Origin: Geosiphon pyriformis uo1
Lineage: Eukaryota > Fungi > Glomeromycota
Direction of reading: 5' to 3'
Assembly (NCBI GenBank): GCA_016748015.1
Contig: JAAOMT010000553.1
Span: 1-64,000 of the forward strand
DNA length: 64,000 nucleotides
Shown here: piece by piece, positions 11,687 to 23,981 of the stretch
Layout: each line of letters opens with the position of its first letter
Position numbering within the stretch: the first letter of the stretch is position 1
Notes under the pieces: model-generated
Seen by the model: only the letters and a program-made list of their open reading frames with translations
Database searches by the model: none
Told to the model about the DNA's origin: nothing
Made by a program: the position numbers and the translations under genes

Positions 11687-14600
11687 GTGTCTTTTTCTGA
11701 ATATTTAAGATCAAACTCTGCATCAGTATTATATGCATATTCTGACATGATACTTTTATTATTATTGCTAAACCATTTGAGTTTTTGCTTCTTTAAAAGA
11801 TTTGGAAGTGCTATATATTGTTCAAAATTTTTGTCAGAGTTTGAATTGTTGTTGTTACTGCCCATTTAGACAAAGTTAAAACCATTGTTGTTATTATTAT
11901 TAGAGTTTAAATTGTAATTGAATCTTAATTCCAATTTCACTGTATACTTGCTAATTGGTTTTTTTCTTCAGAAATTGAATAAATTATGCATAGTAGTAAA
12001 TTATAAATGAGATCACAATCATTACAGTATTTAAAGTCACTGGAAATTAAGCAATATTTATATAGCTTTGTATTTAGTTGTTTTAATTTTTGCTTTTGCT
12101 TTTTATAAGTCAGTGCTATGTATTGGTAGTTCTTATAAAATTGTTAATGAGTTATTTTTAATTTTCAGTATTTTATTGAGTGAAACATCTTCAGTTTTGA
12201 CACTTGTCATTCTTTAAATTTCATGTTTATTGTGTGAATAATTTTTTAATTATCTTAGTGCTCATTTTCAAACAGTATTAATCAGAGTCCCTTTTTATAT
12301 TTAATCATTAATTAAAATCATATATTAATACAATTTATTACATGTTTTTCTTGTCCAAAAATATTATTCCACATTCTTTTGTCAAAAAAAAATGGTTTTA
12401 CACACAAGACAAGACTTTTTGTCCTATTTTCTCTGTTATTTAGGTCATCCAAAGCATTCAAGAATGCATAGATAACAATAGTACTTGGTTGCCATTAATT
12501 ATTCTTTATCATTGCCACAACATGCACCTATTGTTGACAATTTTTTGCCACAATCAACACATATTAGCTTAAGTCAATGATAATTTATCTGTTTTTGGGG
12601 CATAATAGTGTACAGAATATAAGTAGATATAATAGCTTGGAGTTGTTGTTTTTTTTTGTTTTTTTCCAGATAAATATGGGTGGTAATATGTTGTGTTCTT
12701 TTTTGGTCTATGAAACTTAATAGGCTTTCCAAGTAGGTTTTTTTTGTTTTTTTTCTAACTTAATCAATAGTTGCTTTCTTAAAAAAGCTTTAATATGTTC
12801 ACAGATGGCAGGCACTCAAGTATACTGATTGTTAAATATTAACTGGAGCTTTTAAGTGTTTTAGTTAAGTATAATATTGGTTTTAAACAGCCAGTTATTA
12901 TTGATAAGAGTTTAGTATTGGGTGGCTTCTATTATTAATACTTTGATTGTTGTAATAATGTCATTAACTTCAAAAGAAAAGTTATTAATTTTATCTATTA
13001 GAGTTTTTGTTGTTTTATCAGCTGTAATTATTCTAATGCTAGCAGCTTAATTAACTCAATGACCTAATTAGTTCATGAGTTGTTATATAATAATGCTGTT
13101 TGTTGACTTATTATTAAAAATTAGCTTGATAAGTTGACTATCAACTTTAGTATTAGTATACATAACAGTGATTGAGCTAGTATTAAGAATGGCTCTATTA
13201 AACAGAAATGTTGATGTTAGTTCTTTGAATTCAAAAGGAAATAATGTGGCAAGTGATTTGTCTTTGATAATAGTTATTAGTAGGATGTTGTTAATGAGTA
13301 GTTGGTTTTGGTTGGTTTTTTGTTTGTTGAATTGGACATCTTTTGAGGTAATCAGGAGACTTAAATAGCTCTGTAAATTCGAATTTTGGGTGTACTCAGT
13401 TCTCAAATTCCTTGGACATAATTCTAATGTCTGTTGTAATAAACTGGAAATCAGCTAGTGCATAATCATTATTAATCTCCAATTTTATTGGATGTGCATA
13501 ATTTTTGGTCTTTGACTTTTAGATAATATTTGAGCTAAGTTGTATAGTAATACTGGAATTGGTAGAATTTGATAAACTATCTGTAGTTGATAGATATTTG
13601 GGGCTGGAGTTAGATAGAGTGGAGGTATGTATATTAATTGTTGTGTTATTTGGGTATAATGAGACTAAAATTGGTTCTGATTTGGGTTGTAGTTCAGAGT
13701 TTGAAACTGGCAATTGGAGTTTTAATATTGATTTTCCAATTGTTAGTTATTAAATTTAACATAACAATTAGCCCTTAGATGGCCTTGTTTATTACAATTA
13801 TAACAGCTATGTGTTTCTTGCTGCCATAATTGATTGTTTAATGATAATAAGAGATGTAACTAATTTTGGAATTAATTAAAATTTTTTAAATTGTCATAAC
13901 ATTGTAGAGATTGATAAATTGCTTGATTGTTAGCTAAGTATCTTTTTAATTTCTGGTTGATGAAATCACTAAATTGTTTCAACTTAGAGTTCAAGTCAGA
14001 TAATCTATTTATTACTAGATTAACAGTTTAAATATGGTTGGTTTTTAGCTTGGTTAATTTAAAATCTTAAATGTTCATAACTGTGTCTTAGAGTGTTTAT
14101 AGATATAATGAGCATATGCATTATAGAAAACTACTGCACAGACTGCAAATAAACTAATTCAAAATCTGTGGCACTATAAAATAATTTGTGTTGATTGTTT
14201 AAATTTAACACAAATTTCTATGAAAATATTTCAAGTAAGTAGTAACTGCTTTAGTGTTCTCTTGCTTGATAGTGGTGAAAACAGTTGTTAGATAATTAAT
14301 ACTATTATTGTTATTAAAATATCTCAAAAACTCAATTTTAAATATGTTAAAGATTTGGAGTTTTTAAATCAAGCTCTAATATTATGAGTTAGCAGTATTT
14401 TGTAAAAAGTATGGAATGGCTTATAGGGCTCTGGCATTGTTTCATCCATTGGCTGCAATGGCTTTTGTCATATTATTTAGTCATGTTTAAACATTGTTTT
14501 TTTCGCTGGTAAATTTCTCAAGTTTGGCAATTAGTATGTAGACTATTGGTATAAGTTGTTGTTATGGTTGTGATAAAAGTGATTATTAAAGTTGCAGAAA

Positions 14601-15055
14601 TATAGCAACTAGTACAACTGGTAGATTAATCATGATTACTAAGAGTATATTTTGAGAAATAATAAAAATGGAGTTTAGATTGTTTGGGTTTTTCTGAGTT
14701 GGAACAATCAGAGTTTATAATTTCAGATTATTTGGGATTGGGTTTTAATTATTCAATTTCTGATTGTTGTCTTTCTTTTTTTCTGAGTTGGTTCTTTCCC
14801 AAGGGTTAATAGCTCTAAAATTCAGTTGAGATAAGAATAATTGCAATTCTAATAGTATTGTTGGTCACAATTTAAATTCTTTAAAATAATCACTGTAAAT
14901 TTCTAATAATTTGGTTTTTTCTTATTTACTTTAAAACAATACTCTGGTTAGCAGTATTTTTGTGTTTAATGTAAATGTGACTGCTGATGTTATATTGATG
15001 GTACTTTCTAGCATATGATAGTATGATGGATTAATAAGTGAATCAATTTTTGGTT
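11687..15055 (-). mobile_element. Decayed Ty3/Gypsy internal region (gag, protease, Cys-rich module, dUTPase N-terminus)
   Basis: ORF 13083-13406 FPFEF...ITVMYTNTKVDSQLIKLIFNN (protease); ORF 11668-11865 KWFSNNNKSIMSEYAYNTDAEFDLKY (dUTPase motif 1); many stops. Confidence 0.8.
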
Positions 15056-16134
15056 TTTTTCATATGAGTTTTTACACAGTATATTTTAAATATTGCTAAT
15101 GAATTTTTTAATATTGTTACCAGTAGAATTTTAGCTATTAATTAGCATGAAATTATCTTTATAATTTCTATAATTAATTAGTATATTAATATCATTTCAA
15201 ATTATCATTTATTATTTAATCAATTATCACATATCACGATTCAATTAAAATAATCTAATTAGTATAACAGAAAGTAGGATGATCAAATTACACAATACCC
15301 TGAACTTTATAACATTCAAAAATTCCCCGAAATTTACAGAAATTCACCAAAATTATGAATAGTTCACCCAAATTAATCAATAGTTCAGCGAAATAACTTG
15401 TAGTTTATCAAAATGTATCTTTAGTTTGCCAAAATTTGAGCAAAGAGAAAAAGTGCAAGTTCATAGACTAGTACTACAACAAATTGTATAAAAGAAGAGC
15501 TTTTCTCTTCTGAAAAATGTATCTTACTTTAGATTTATTACTTAGAACCATTCCTACACACACAAAAAGAAATAAATATCAAATAATTTGAAAAACCAAA
15601 TTTTTTAATTATTGCACTTGGAAAATCCCCAAAACCCAACTAATGTTTTGAAATTGATTAGCTACCAATTTTGGTAAACTGTTAGTGACTCCAGGCCTGG
15701 ATAGAAAAACGTTTCCCTTGATAAAATCCTATTTCTTTTATATTTCTTTTATTTTTCTTTTTTTTTCTTATTATAATCATTAGGGTAGCCTACAGACGAG
15801 ATTCCTGTAGAAGAGTTGACTTTCACAGCAAAGTAACTACACATTTTTTAGTGAGCTTCCAGACGAGCAATTTCTGAGAAAGAGTTGACATTTACTACAA
15901 CATAACTACATAAAGTAACTGGCAAGGAATTGGCCATTCCACTTATAAGCCCAATAGTTCAAATTATAAGAGATAATTTGAAGATAAATTCAGTTATTGA
16001 AGGTTCAACTACTTTTAAAAAAAAATGTGAATTGCAACCAACAGACATTTACAACATTCAAGAAAAGAGACCAAAAACCTCCAGTAACATTTGGTGCTTT
16101 CCCACAGAAATAACACAGCAACAACAAATTCAAA

Positions 16135-18567
16135 GTGGCAACCACACCAGACACAGCAACTCTAGAGTATTGTCAGTCAATTTACACCCACTGCAAGCAA
16201 AGATTCAACATTCCAGACGGAATTGAAGTTGTCAAGAAATCAGTATACCAATACATTGAAAACTGCTTCAACAATTATCTTTTTGGAAACTACAATATTT
16301 CAGAAGTTAAAAGCAATCTCTACAATAATTTAGTGCACTATTCACAATTGGAAACAGAAGACCTGAACAGTGAAACACTTGCTACCTACTTTCAAGAACT
16401 TAATTTTAATATTATTAAGTATTGTGAAGAAAAATACCCAGTACAGTCTAAATACTCTTTTGATTTTGAATCAGAGACAGAAGCAAACAACAAAGGCAAA
16501 CAAAGATTGAAGCAATACTCAAGAACCATTTCAAACACTCCAACACTACAAAAGACAACTGCCAAACACTTGCAAACACCTGAACAAAGAACCAGTATTA
16601 AATTACCACTTTCTATTACACCATTTCCAATTTTACTTGTTCAACTACAAACACCAAGTTCACCACTTAACTATTTCTCTAGACCAGAAGATTTTCAGTC
16701 ACCTAGAAATCCTACTCAACAACAGGAATCAATATCAACAAGTGCCAATATCATTGATTACTTACAGGAAAACGAAAGTAATCACTCAGAAAGCTTGGAA
16801 AGTGAAAAAACTGAATCAGAACCAGAAGAAATTACAGAAAACAAAGAAAAAATGGCAGCTGCTTACATTGCAAAAATCCCAGAATTCATTGGTAAAAACA
16901 ATGATACCAGTCCTCAAGAATGGCTTGACAAAGTTCAAAAAGCAGGAGCTGCAAATGGTTGGATCGCAGCAAGAATGCTCAAAGCAATTCTCTACTTTCT
17001 CCAAGAAACAGCAGGAGAATAATTTGAAAACTTAGAAGAACTATTTGAAAACTGGCAAGCATTCAAAGATGCTTTTCTACAACAATTTACTGACAACAAT
17101 ATTTCTATTACTCTCAGAAACCACTTTTGCAATATCAAACAAGAAATATCTGAATCTGTTATGACTTATCTTGGAAGATTTAACAAACTTCTCAGATGAA
17201 TCCGACAATTGGAAACCAATAATTACTATTCTGATGCTTAAATTCTGGATCAGTTTATAGCAGGATTAAAAGACAAACTGATTAAGAAAGTCTGTCTACA
17301 TGCTCCAGCAGATTTAGCAACTGCTATTAGACATGCAAAAAGCTATGAAATGGCAATGGAAGAAGCAAATCACACCAAGCTTGTAAATCTTGTAATTGGA
17401 GAAACCAGCTTAGCAGCTAAAGAAAAGATAGACCAACTCACAAAGAAAGTTGAAAGCTATTTTACAAACCAACAACAACAGCAGTAACAACCACAAAGAT
17501 ATTAACCATCACAATGACACAACCAAAACAATTTTGGATCACCCTCCAACAACCAACCTCAAAATTGTCATTATTGTGGAATTTCAGAACACTGGAAACG
17601 AGATTGCAGAAAACTGCAAAGAGACCAACAAAACAGGAGTAATCAACATTACTCTTTACCACAACAATCCTATTACCAATCTTTACCACCAACCTATTAT
17701 TTACCAAGATCACAAAATCAAAACAGTTACTATTCACCAGCTCCACAACCAATGCAGCAACAATATCAGCAATCTTTACCAATTCAGCCATATCAGATAC
17801 CACCTACTCAACAATATCAAGTACCAGCAAAAAAATTGGTTCAACATAATCAATTCACACCCCAAAATCAATTGCAGAATAACCACAACAGAATCAATCC
17901 AAATAACCAGTTGGTTCCTCGAAATTTGGGTCAGCAAAGACTCAATCACTATCACACTCAACCCAGTTATCTTACAATACCAGAGAAATCGGATTTTCAA
18001 CAAACTGCACTTTCTGAAGATGAAGTTGCAGTGCCAAGATCAAACCCTTCCAACCACACCATTCCACCAGCTCAAATTGCCCAAAATGCTAATCTGTCAG
18101 ATATATTTCCATTTGAATTTGAAGCAAATGAATCACTATTTCTGCTTAGTAATACAGCAGTCAATGAACAGAAAGCAATTACTGTTATGTACACAAAAGC
18201 TACAGTAAAAGGAAAACCCATTCGCTTAATCTTAGATAGTAGATTAGCTGGAAGTATCATCACTTACCAGCTGATGCAACAACTCAAACGAAACATAGAC
18301 AGACCAGCTCAAACAGTTATTGTCACAGCTGATGGTATAAAAAAGACTCCAGTAGGAGAAATTGATGATTTCCTTTTTTCAATTGATGGAATCACCATTT
18401 CAGTTAAAGTTCTTGTTATGGATGCACCCCAATACCAAGCTCTAATCGGAAATAATTGGCTTCTCAAGGCCAATGCAAACCTGAACTGGGAAACTCAAAA
18501 ACTTAAAATCTCATACCAAGGACAATATACCATAGTACCTGCAACCTATAGTACCTTTAACAAATGA
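16135..18567 (+). pseudogene. Gag (capsid, CCHC knuckle) and aspartic protease of element A
   Basis: AKIPEFIG..PQEWLDKV capsid; CHYCGISEHWKRDC at ~17566-17607; Q/P-rich linker; LILDSRLAGSII (degenerate DSG) ...ALIGNNWL; several stops. Confidence 0.9.
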
Positions 18568-18609
18568 TCAGAAAAAGCTCCAGTATTTGAATTTGAAGAG
18601 AAGAAAGAA

Positions 18610-19400
18610 ATGCCACTTACTGAAACCTACATGACTCTTGGATCAACATCCAATTGGGCAGAAGAAACAGAACAAGAGATTTTTGAAGAATCAAGGGGAT
18701 GGAAGAAAGTTAGATATTCTACACCAGAACTATGGAAACAACCATCTTATATTCTACTCAAATGCAAAGATTGCAACAAAAAACTTTCATCAATGGGAGT
18801 ATGTATTTCTCCAAAAGAGAAATATGAAACTCATACCTGTTACTTTTGCAAAGCATGCCATAGAGAACGATTTGAATCTCCAAAAAGAAGTGGAAAATGG
18901 GACAACACACCTTGCCTTACATGTGGAGAAATGCTACCAGAAAAATGCAATTGGATTAATGTAGCAATGAGAGAAGGAGTATGTGATCAAACCTGTCAAT
19001 ATGCTTTATCAATTTCGGAAAAAGTCAGAAGAGAAACACCATTTGATACAACATACAACAGTGCTCTCAATAAACTTTACCACTACCCTCATGATGCTGA
19101 AATGATTTTTGACCTAGCAATGGCATTGATTAATGGAGCCACACAAGAAGATGTCTGCCAAATGAAAGAATCTGAATATATTGAGTATACCATGGAATTA
19201 GCTGGATTTGATTATGAAGATAAAGTAGAAACCTACCACCAAATTGCAAGCCACACATATTCGACCAAAGAAGCTCAAATTCAATGATTAGAGCAAATGA
19301 ACATTCAATTGTGTGAAGAATGTGTTATGCCTTGTGATGACCAATGGTGTTTAGAATGTTATGCTTTTAGCATTCCTCTGCCAGATGAGAATGATGAAAA
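18610..19400 (+). pseudogene. Cys-rich putative Zn-binding module between protease and dUTPase
   Basis: CKDC..CYFCKACH..CLTC..C..CDQTCQY..LCEECVMPCDDQWCLEC, in the same frame as PR and dUTPase. Confidence 0.7.
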
Positions 19401-19479
19401 TAAAATCGAATTTGGAGTATCTGAACTAGTAGAAGAACTACCAATCACTCCTATCTATCTTCTTGAAAAGCAACCACCT

Positions 19480-19915
19480 CTACAACTTAAATATTTTAAC
19501 AATCATGGCCAAGAAATCAGACCAAAAAAAGCACACGAAATTGATGCTGGATATGACCTAAGATATCCAGGAAAAGATACTTTGATTCTCTAACCAAAGT
19601 CTTTAACAAAAATCAATCTCAAAATTGTTCTTGAAATTCTACCAGGAGCAATGGTTCAAATTGCCTCCAGATCATTATTGGCAAGCAAAGGAATCAATAT
19701 TAGAGGAGGAGTTATAGATACAGGATACACTGGAGACATTACCATTATGTTACAGAATGAGACAGACAAACCATTCAAAATTGAACATGCTGAAAAAATT
19801 GCTCAAGCAATTTACTTACCCTTAATCAACATTTCGGGTTTACAATCAGTAAACAACAAAGAACAATTGGGAAAAAGTGAAAGAGGAACTCAAGATTTTG
19901 GTTCAACTGGACAAT
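19480..19915 (+). pseudogene. Trimeric dUTPase domain in pol
   Basis: All five motifs: AGYDL, SRS(L)L, GVIDTGYTG, KIAQA, RGTQDFGSTG; one TAA at 19591. Confidence 0.92.
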
Positions 19916-20399
19916 TTACAGTTCCAGTAAACATAGCTCTTAATACACAAAATGAATCTTACCAGATTTTTCAATTTTCTCAACCAATTACCATTTCACC
20001 TTTTGGAGAACATCACGAAATTTACACTTGCTCAAAACCCACTACTACCCAACAAATCTTTAAATCCAATGAACAAATTTGTTTGAAGCATGAAATATTA
20101 ATTCCAAATGTTTATATTCCCAAAGGAATGAAAAAATTTTGAGTTATATTCTACAACCCCAATAATTACCCTATTGTCTTATTAAACAAATTAGAAATTA
20201 GAATCATACACAGCAATATCTTTCAAGATGAAAACCCTCAAATTGTCTCTAATTTCATTGAAATTGTAAAGCATACTTTACTCCCAAATCCAAATATCAT
20301 TCCCAATACTGAAAACTACCACTTGTTGGAAGAAAAACTCTCTCAAATCAATATGGGTTCCTTATAACCTCAACAACAAAGACAATTGAAACAATTGAT

Positions 20400-21747
20400 A
20401 GCTGAATTTGCAGATATATTTGCAAAAAACAACAATAACTTGGGAAAAACAGACATTGTTTAACATCAGATCCATACAAGAGATGCTCTACCAAAACATC
20501 AACAAACTTATCAAGTGCCACCTGTCAGCCACCAATTTATCAGAGAAGAAGTCCAAAGAATGCTCAATAACGGATTGATTCAACCATCAAGAAGTTCTTG
20601 GGCCTCACCAGTAGTTTTAGTTAAAAAGAAAAACGGAAAAATCAGATTCTGTGTTGATTATAGACAACTAAATAATGTTACAATTGAAGATGCCTATCCT
20701 TTTTTAAGAATTGATGACATGCTAGATGCTCTAGGAAAAGCCAAGTTCTTTTCAACTTTAGACCTGGAAAGTAGATACTGGCAAGTCGAAATGGACCCAA
20801 AACAGCATTCACCACTCAAGGAGGAAACTATGAGTTTAATGTTATGCCTTTTAGACTCTGCAATACACCAACAACATTTCAGTGACTCATGAATGTTGTC
20901 TATGAAGGGCTCTTGTGACAATCAGTAGTTGTCTATCTTGATGATACTGATGTATACTCACCAAGCTTTGAAGCCCATCTCATTTACCTGTGAGAAGTTT
21001 TTCAATGATTACAGAAAGCAGGATTAAAGTTAAATATTGAGAAATGTCACTTTGGAAAAACAAGCTTGATCTTTTTTGGACACATAGTCAGTAAAGATGG
21101 AATCAAACCAAATCCAAGAACAATTAGTGCTGTCAAAAACTTTCAAACCTCCAGAAATACTACAGAACTAAGAGGATTTGTGAGATTAGTCTCTTACTAT
21201 CAAAAATTCATAAAAAGATTCTCAGAAATTGCCAAACCACTCAATTATCTTACCAACAAGAACGTACCATACAAATGGACTGAAAAACAACAAAAAGCTT
21301 TTGAAATTCTCAAAACAAAATTGACAACAGCCCCAGTTCTTGCTTACCTGGACTTCAACAAACGATTCCAATTAGCCACTGATGCTTCACACATAGTATT
21401 TGGTGCTATTTTATCACAATTAGATGAAAATGGCCAAGAACAAATTATTGCCTATGCCAGCAGAACACTCAAGCCAACAGAACTCAAATATGGCTCAACT
21501 GAATTAGAAGCTGTCACAGTTATTTGGGCTCTTAAACATTTTCAACAATATCTGAAGAATGGAAAAGAATTTAACATAATAATGGACAACATTGGTCTCA
21601 AATGGCTTAATAAAAAAAAAAACTGAACAAAGTGCTAAACAGTCTCAATGGAATAACTTCCTAGCAGACTACAGATATATTGTACACCACAAATCAAGAA
21701 AACTACATACCAATGTTGATAGCCTCTCAAGAATAAGACAAGATTAA
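20400..21747 (+). pseudogene. Reverse transcriptase and RNase H (Gypsy)
   Basis: WASPVVLVKKKNGKIRFCVDYRQLN, YLDD at ~20934, ATDAS, IAYASRTL, ELEA, NVDSLSR; frameshifts and stops. Confidence 0.95.
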
Positions 21748-21804
21748 TACCAACAACAATTCCACCACAACTTACCAACTTATCAACAAAATAGCCAAAC
21801 AAGA

Positions 21805-23190
21805 ATGGATCCCAGAAATTACAGCAATCTTAAAAATTATTTGGAAACTCTTATCATGCCAGAAAACTGGTTTCCAAGTGAAAAACACCACTTACAACAC
21901 CAATCAAAACAATATTTTATACACCAGAACAAAATCTATTATAAAAATCACAGAAAACCAAACCAACTACTCAGATTAGTACAAGAGAATAAAAAAGAAA
22001 CAATTTTATACAACATGCACACAAATCCGTCTTCAGCACACTTGAGAAAAAAGGGAACAATTCAAAGAACCCTTGAACATTATTTTTGGCCTCACATGCA
22101 AAAAGACATTTGACAATATGTAGAATCTTGTGATAGTTGTCAAAGAAGAGGAGGAACTCGCCCCACAGAACCTTTAAATCCAATCAAAGTTGGACAACCT
22201 TTTAACAGAGTTGGAATTGATTTAGTCAGACCATTACTTATCACAACCCAAGAAAATCATTATATTGCAGTTGCAGTGGATTATCTTACCAAATGGTCTG
22301 AAGCTAGAGCCATCCAAAGAGCAAATGCAAAATCAATAGCAAATTTTATCTATGAAGACATTATCTGTAGACATGGATGCCCAATTGAACTCTTATCTGA
22401 TCAAGGAACACATTTTGTGAACAACTTGATACAAAAAATTTGTGAACGGTTCAATGTCAAAAGACCTCTATCATCACTTTATTACCCTCAAACAAATGGA
22501 CTTGTAGAACGTTTTAATAGAACATTGTGTGAATCTCTAGCCAAAGTCTCAACAGACTTTGAGCAAGAATGGGATATCTTTATTCCATCAGTGTTACTAG
22601 CATACAGAACACTAAAACAAGATACTATAAAACACATACCATTTAATCTTACTTATGGAAGGACAACAACATTACCAATTAATTTTACAGTAGAAACATA
22701 CCCAGTGCAACCAATCAATGAAGAAAACTTTTAAGAGACATTCTAAAGAAGAGCCTACACTCTTCTTAGTACACTGAAAGGAAAAAGAAGAATAGCAGCA
22801 ACTCATATTAAACATTCCCAAGCTTAACAAAAAGAAAGACATAACAACAAATTACCATCTATTACCAACGAATTTAAAGTTGGAAATAAAGTTCTCTTAC
22901 ACAGAACTAAGGCTGAAAAACAATGGAGTGGGAAATTTGAAAACAAATGGGATGGACCATTTTATATTCACGAAATTCTAGGCAATGGATCATATAAGTT
23001 AAGACTTGATGACAAAATATTAGCAAAAGTTGCACATGGAGACAGATTGAAACACTATCATTCCAAAAACAATCCTGAACCATTAATTTCACAAATTGGT
23101 ACACATTCCTCTTTAATTAATCCTGAAGATATTCCTCGAAATTTAGAACCAATAATTATAATAAAACAACAACCAAACTTGAACACTTAA
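21805..23190 (+). pseudogene. Integrase (HHCC, DDE core, GPY/F) starting at its own ATG
   Basis: MDPRNY...H..H..CDSCQR; GIDLV; DYLTKW; SDQGTHF; PQTNGLVERFNRTL; WDGPF. Confidence 0.92.
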
Positions 23191-23332
23191 AATTTACAAT
23201 AATTCTCTAATAAAAACACAAAGACAAAAATAGTAAATAATTACAAAACACCCAAACCCAAAAACAAATAAAAACCCCATATCCAAAAATAATTTTCTTT
23301 ATTTTCTCTTTTCATAATTAGTCAATTTTATC

Positions 23333-23981
23333 ATGATTATTCCCCGAAATATTCAACAAATATCCCAAAAATTAATGTTAGCCTTGAAAACACTCCCTGA
23401 CTTATCTATAACGATTAATGGAAGTCAAATTAATTACATTTAGAAAAAAACCACAGCCCCAGTAGTAAATCATTTACAGAACTATCACCCCTATAGAAGA
23501 AAAACAAGAAGTCACTCTGAGAATAGATTACCAAGACTTTTGAAGCAAGCACTAAAAGAAAATCTTTTAATTGCCCCTATTGACATTCCACCAAATGCTA
23601 TAATGCAACAAAAACTTCTACTACTTCTCAATGAACAGAACAATAAACACACTCCTATCTATAAATACTTTCACATTGGAAAAACACTTTATGAACGAAA
23701 ACTGGAACTTGAAGCAACAAATCTCACTCCTGAAGCTATACAAAAACAAATCCACAATAAATTCAAAACAGCAGCTGGACCAACAAACACTCGCTACAAA
23801 CTTAGAACAGCTCTTAGACTCTATGACTTGTTTAATACTTGTGAAAATGTTCTACAAAATCCAATACTGCAACCAATGAAAGTCTAATATATTGGCAAAC
23901 TCACAGAACTGAAATTTCAACAATTTTCAGACCAGATTACTTCAATTATTTTAGATCACTATCTCAATATTACAGATAGTG
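23333..23981 (+). pseudogene. Accessory ORF3 (~215 aa, no signal peptide or TM segment) between integrase and 3' LTR
   Basis: One frame MIIPRNIQQISQKL...ITING...YKYFHIGKTL...RTALRLYDLF...KLTELKFQQF with two stops; homologues at 53369 (-) and 60222 (-). Confidence 0.75.

Noticed and set aside
15930-16226. ORF MAIPLISP... and its twin at 24724-25095
   Set aside because: Both lie in LTR sequence, use TTG starts and end in unrelated flanks; no recognisable domain.
23333-23981. ORF3 as an envelope gene
   Set aside because: Too short, with no signal peptide or transmembrane helix.
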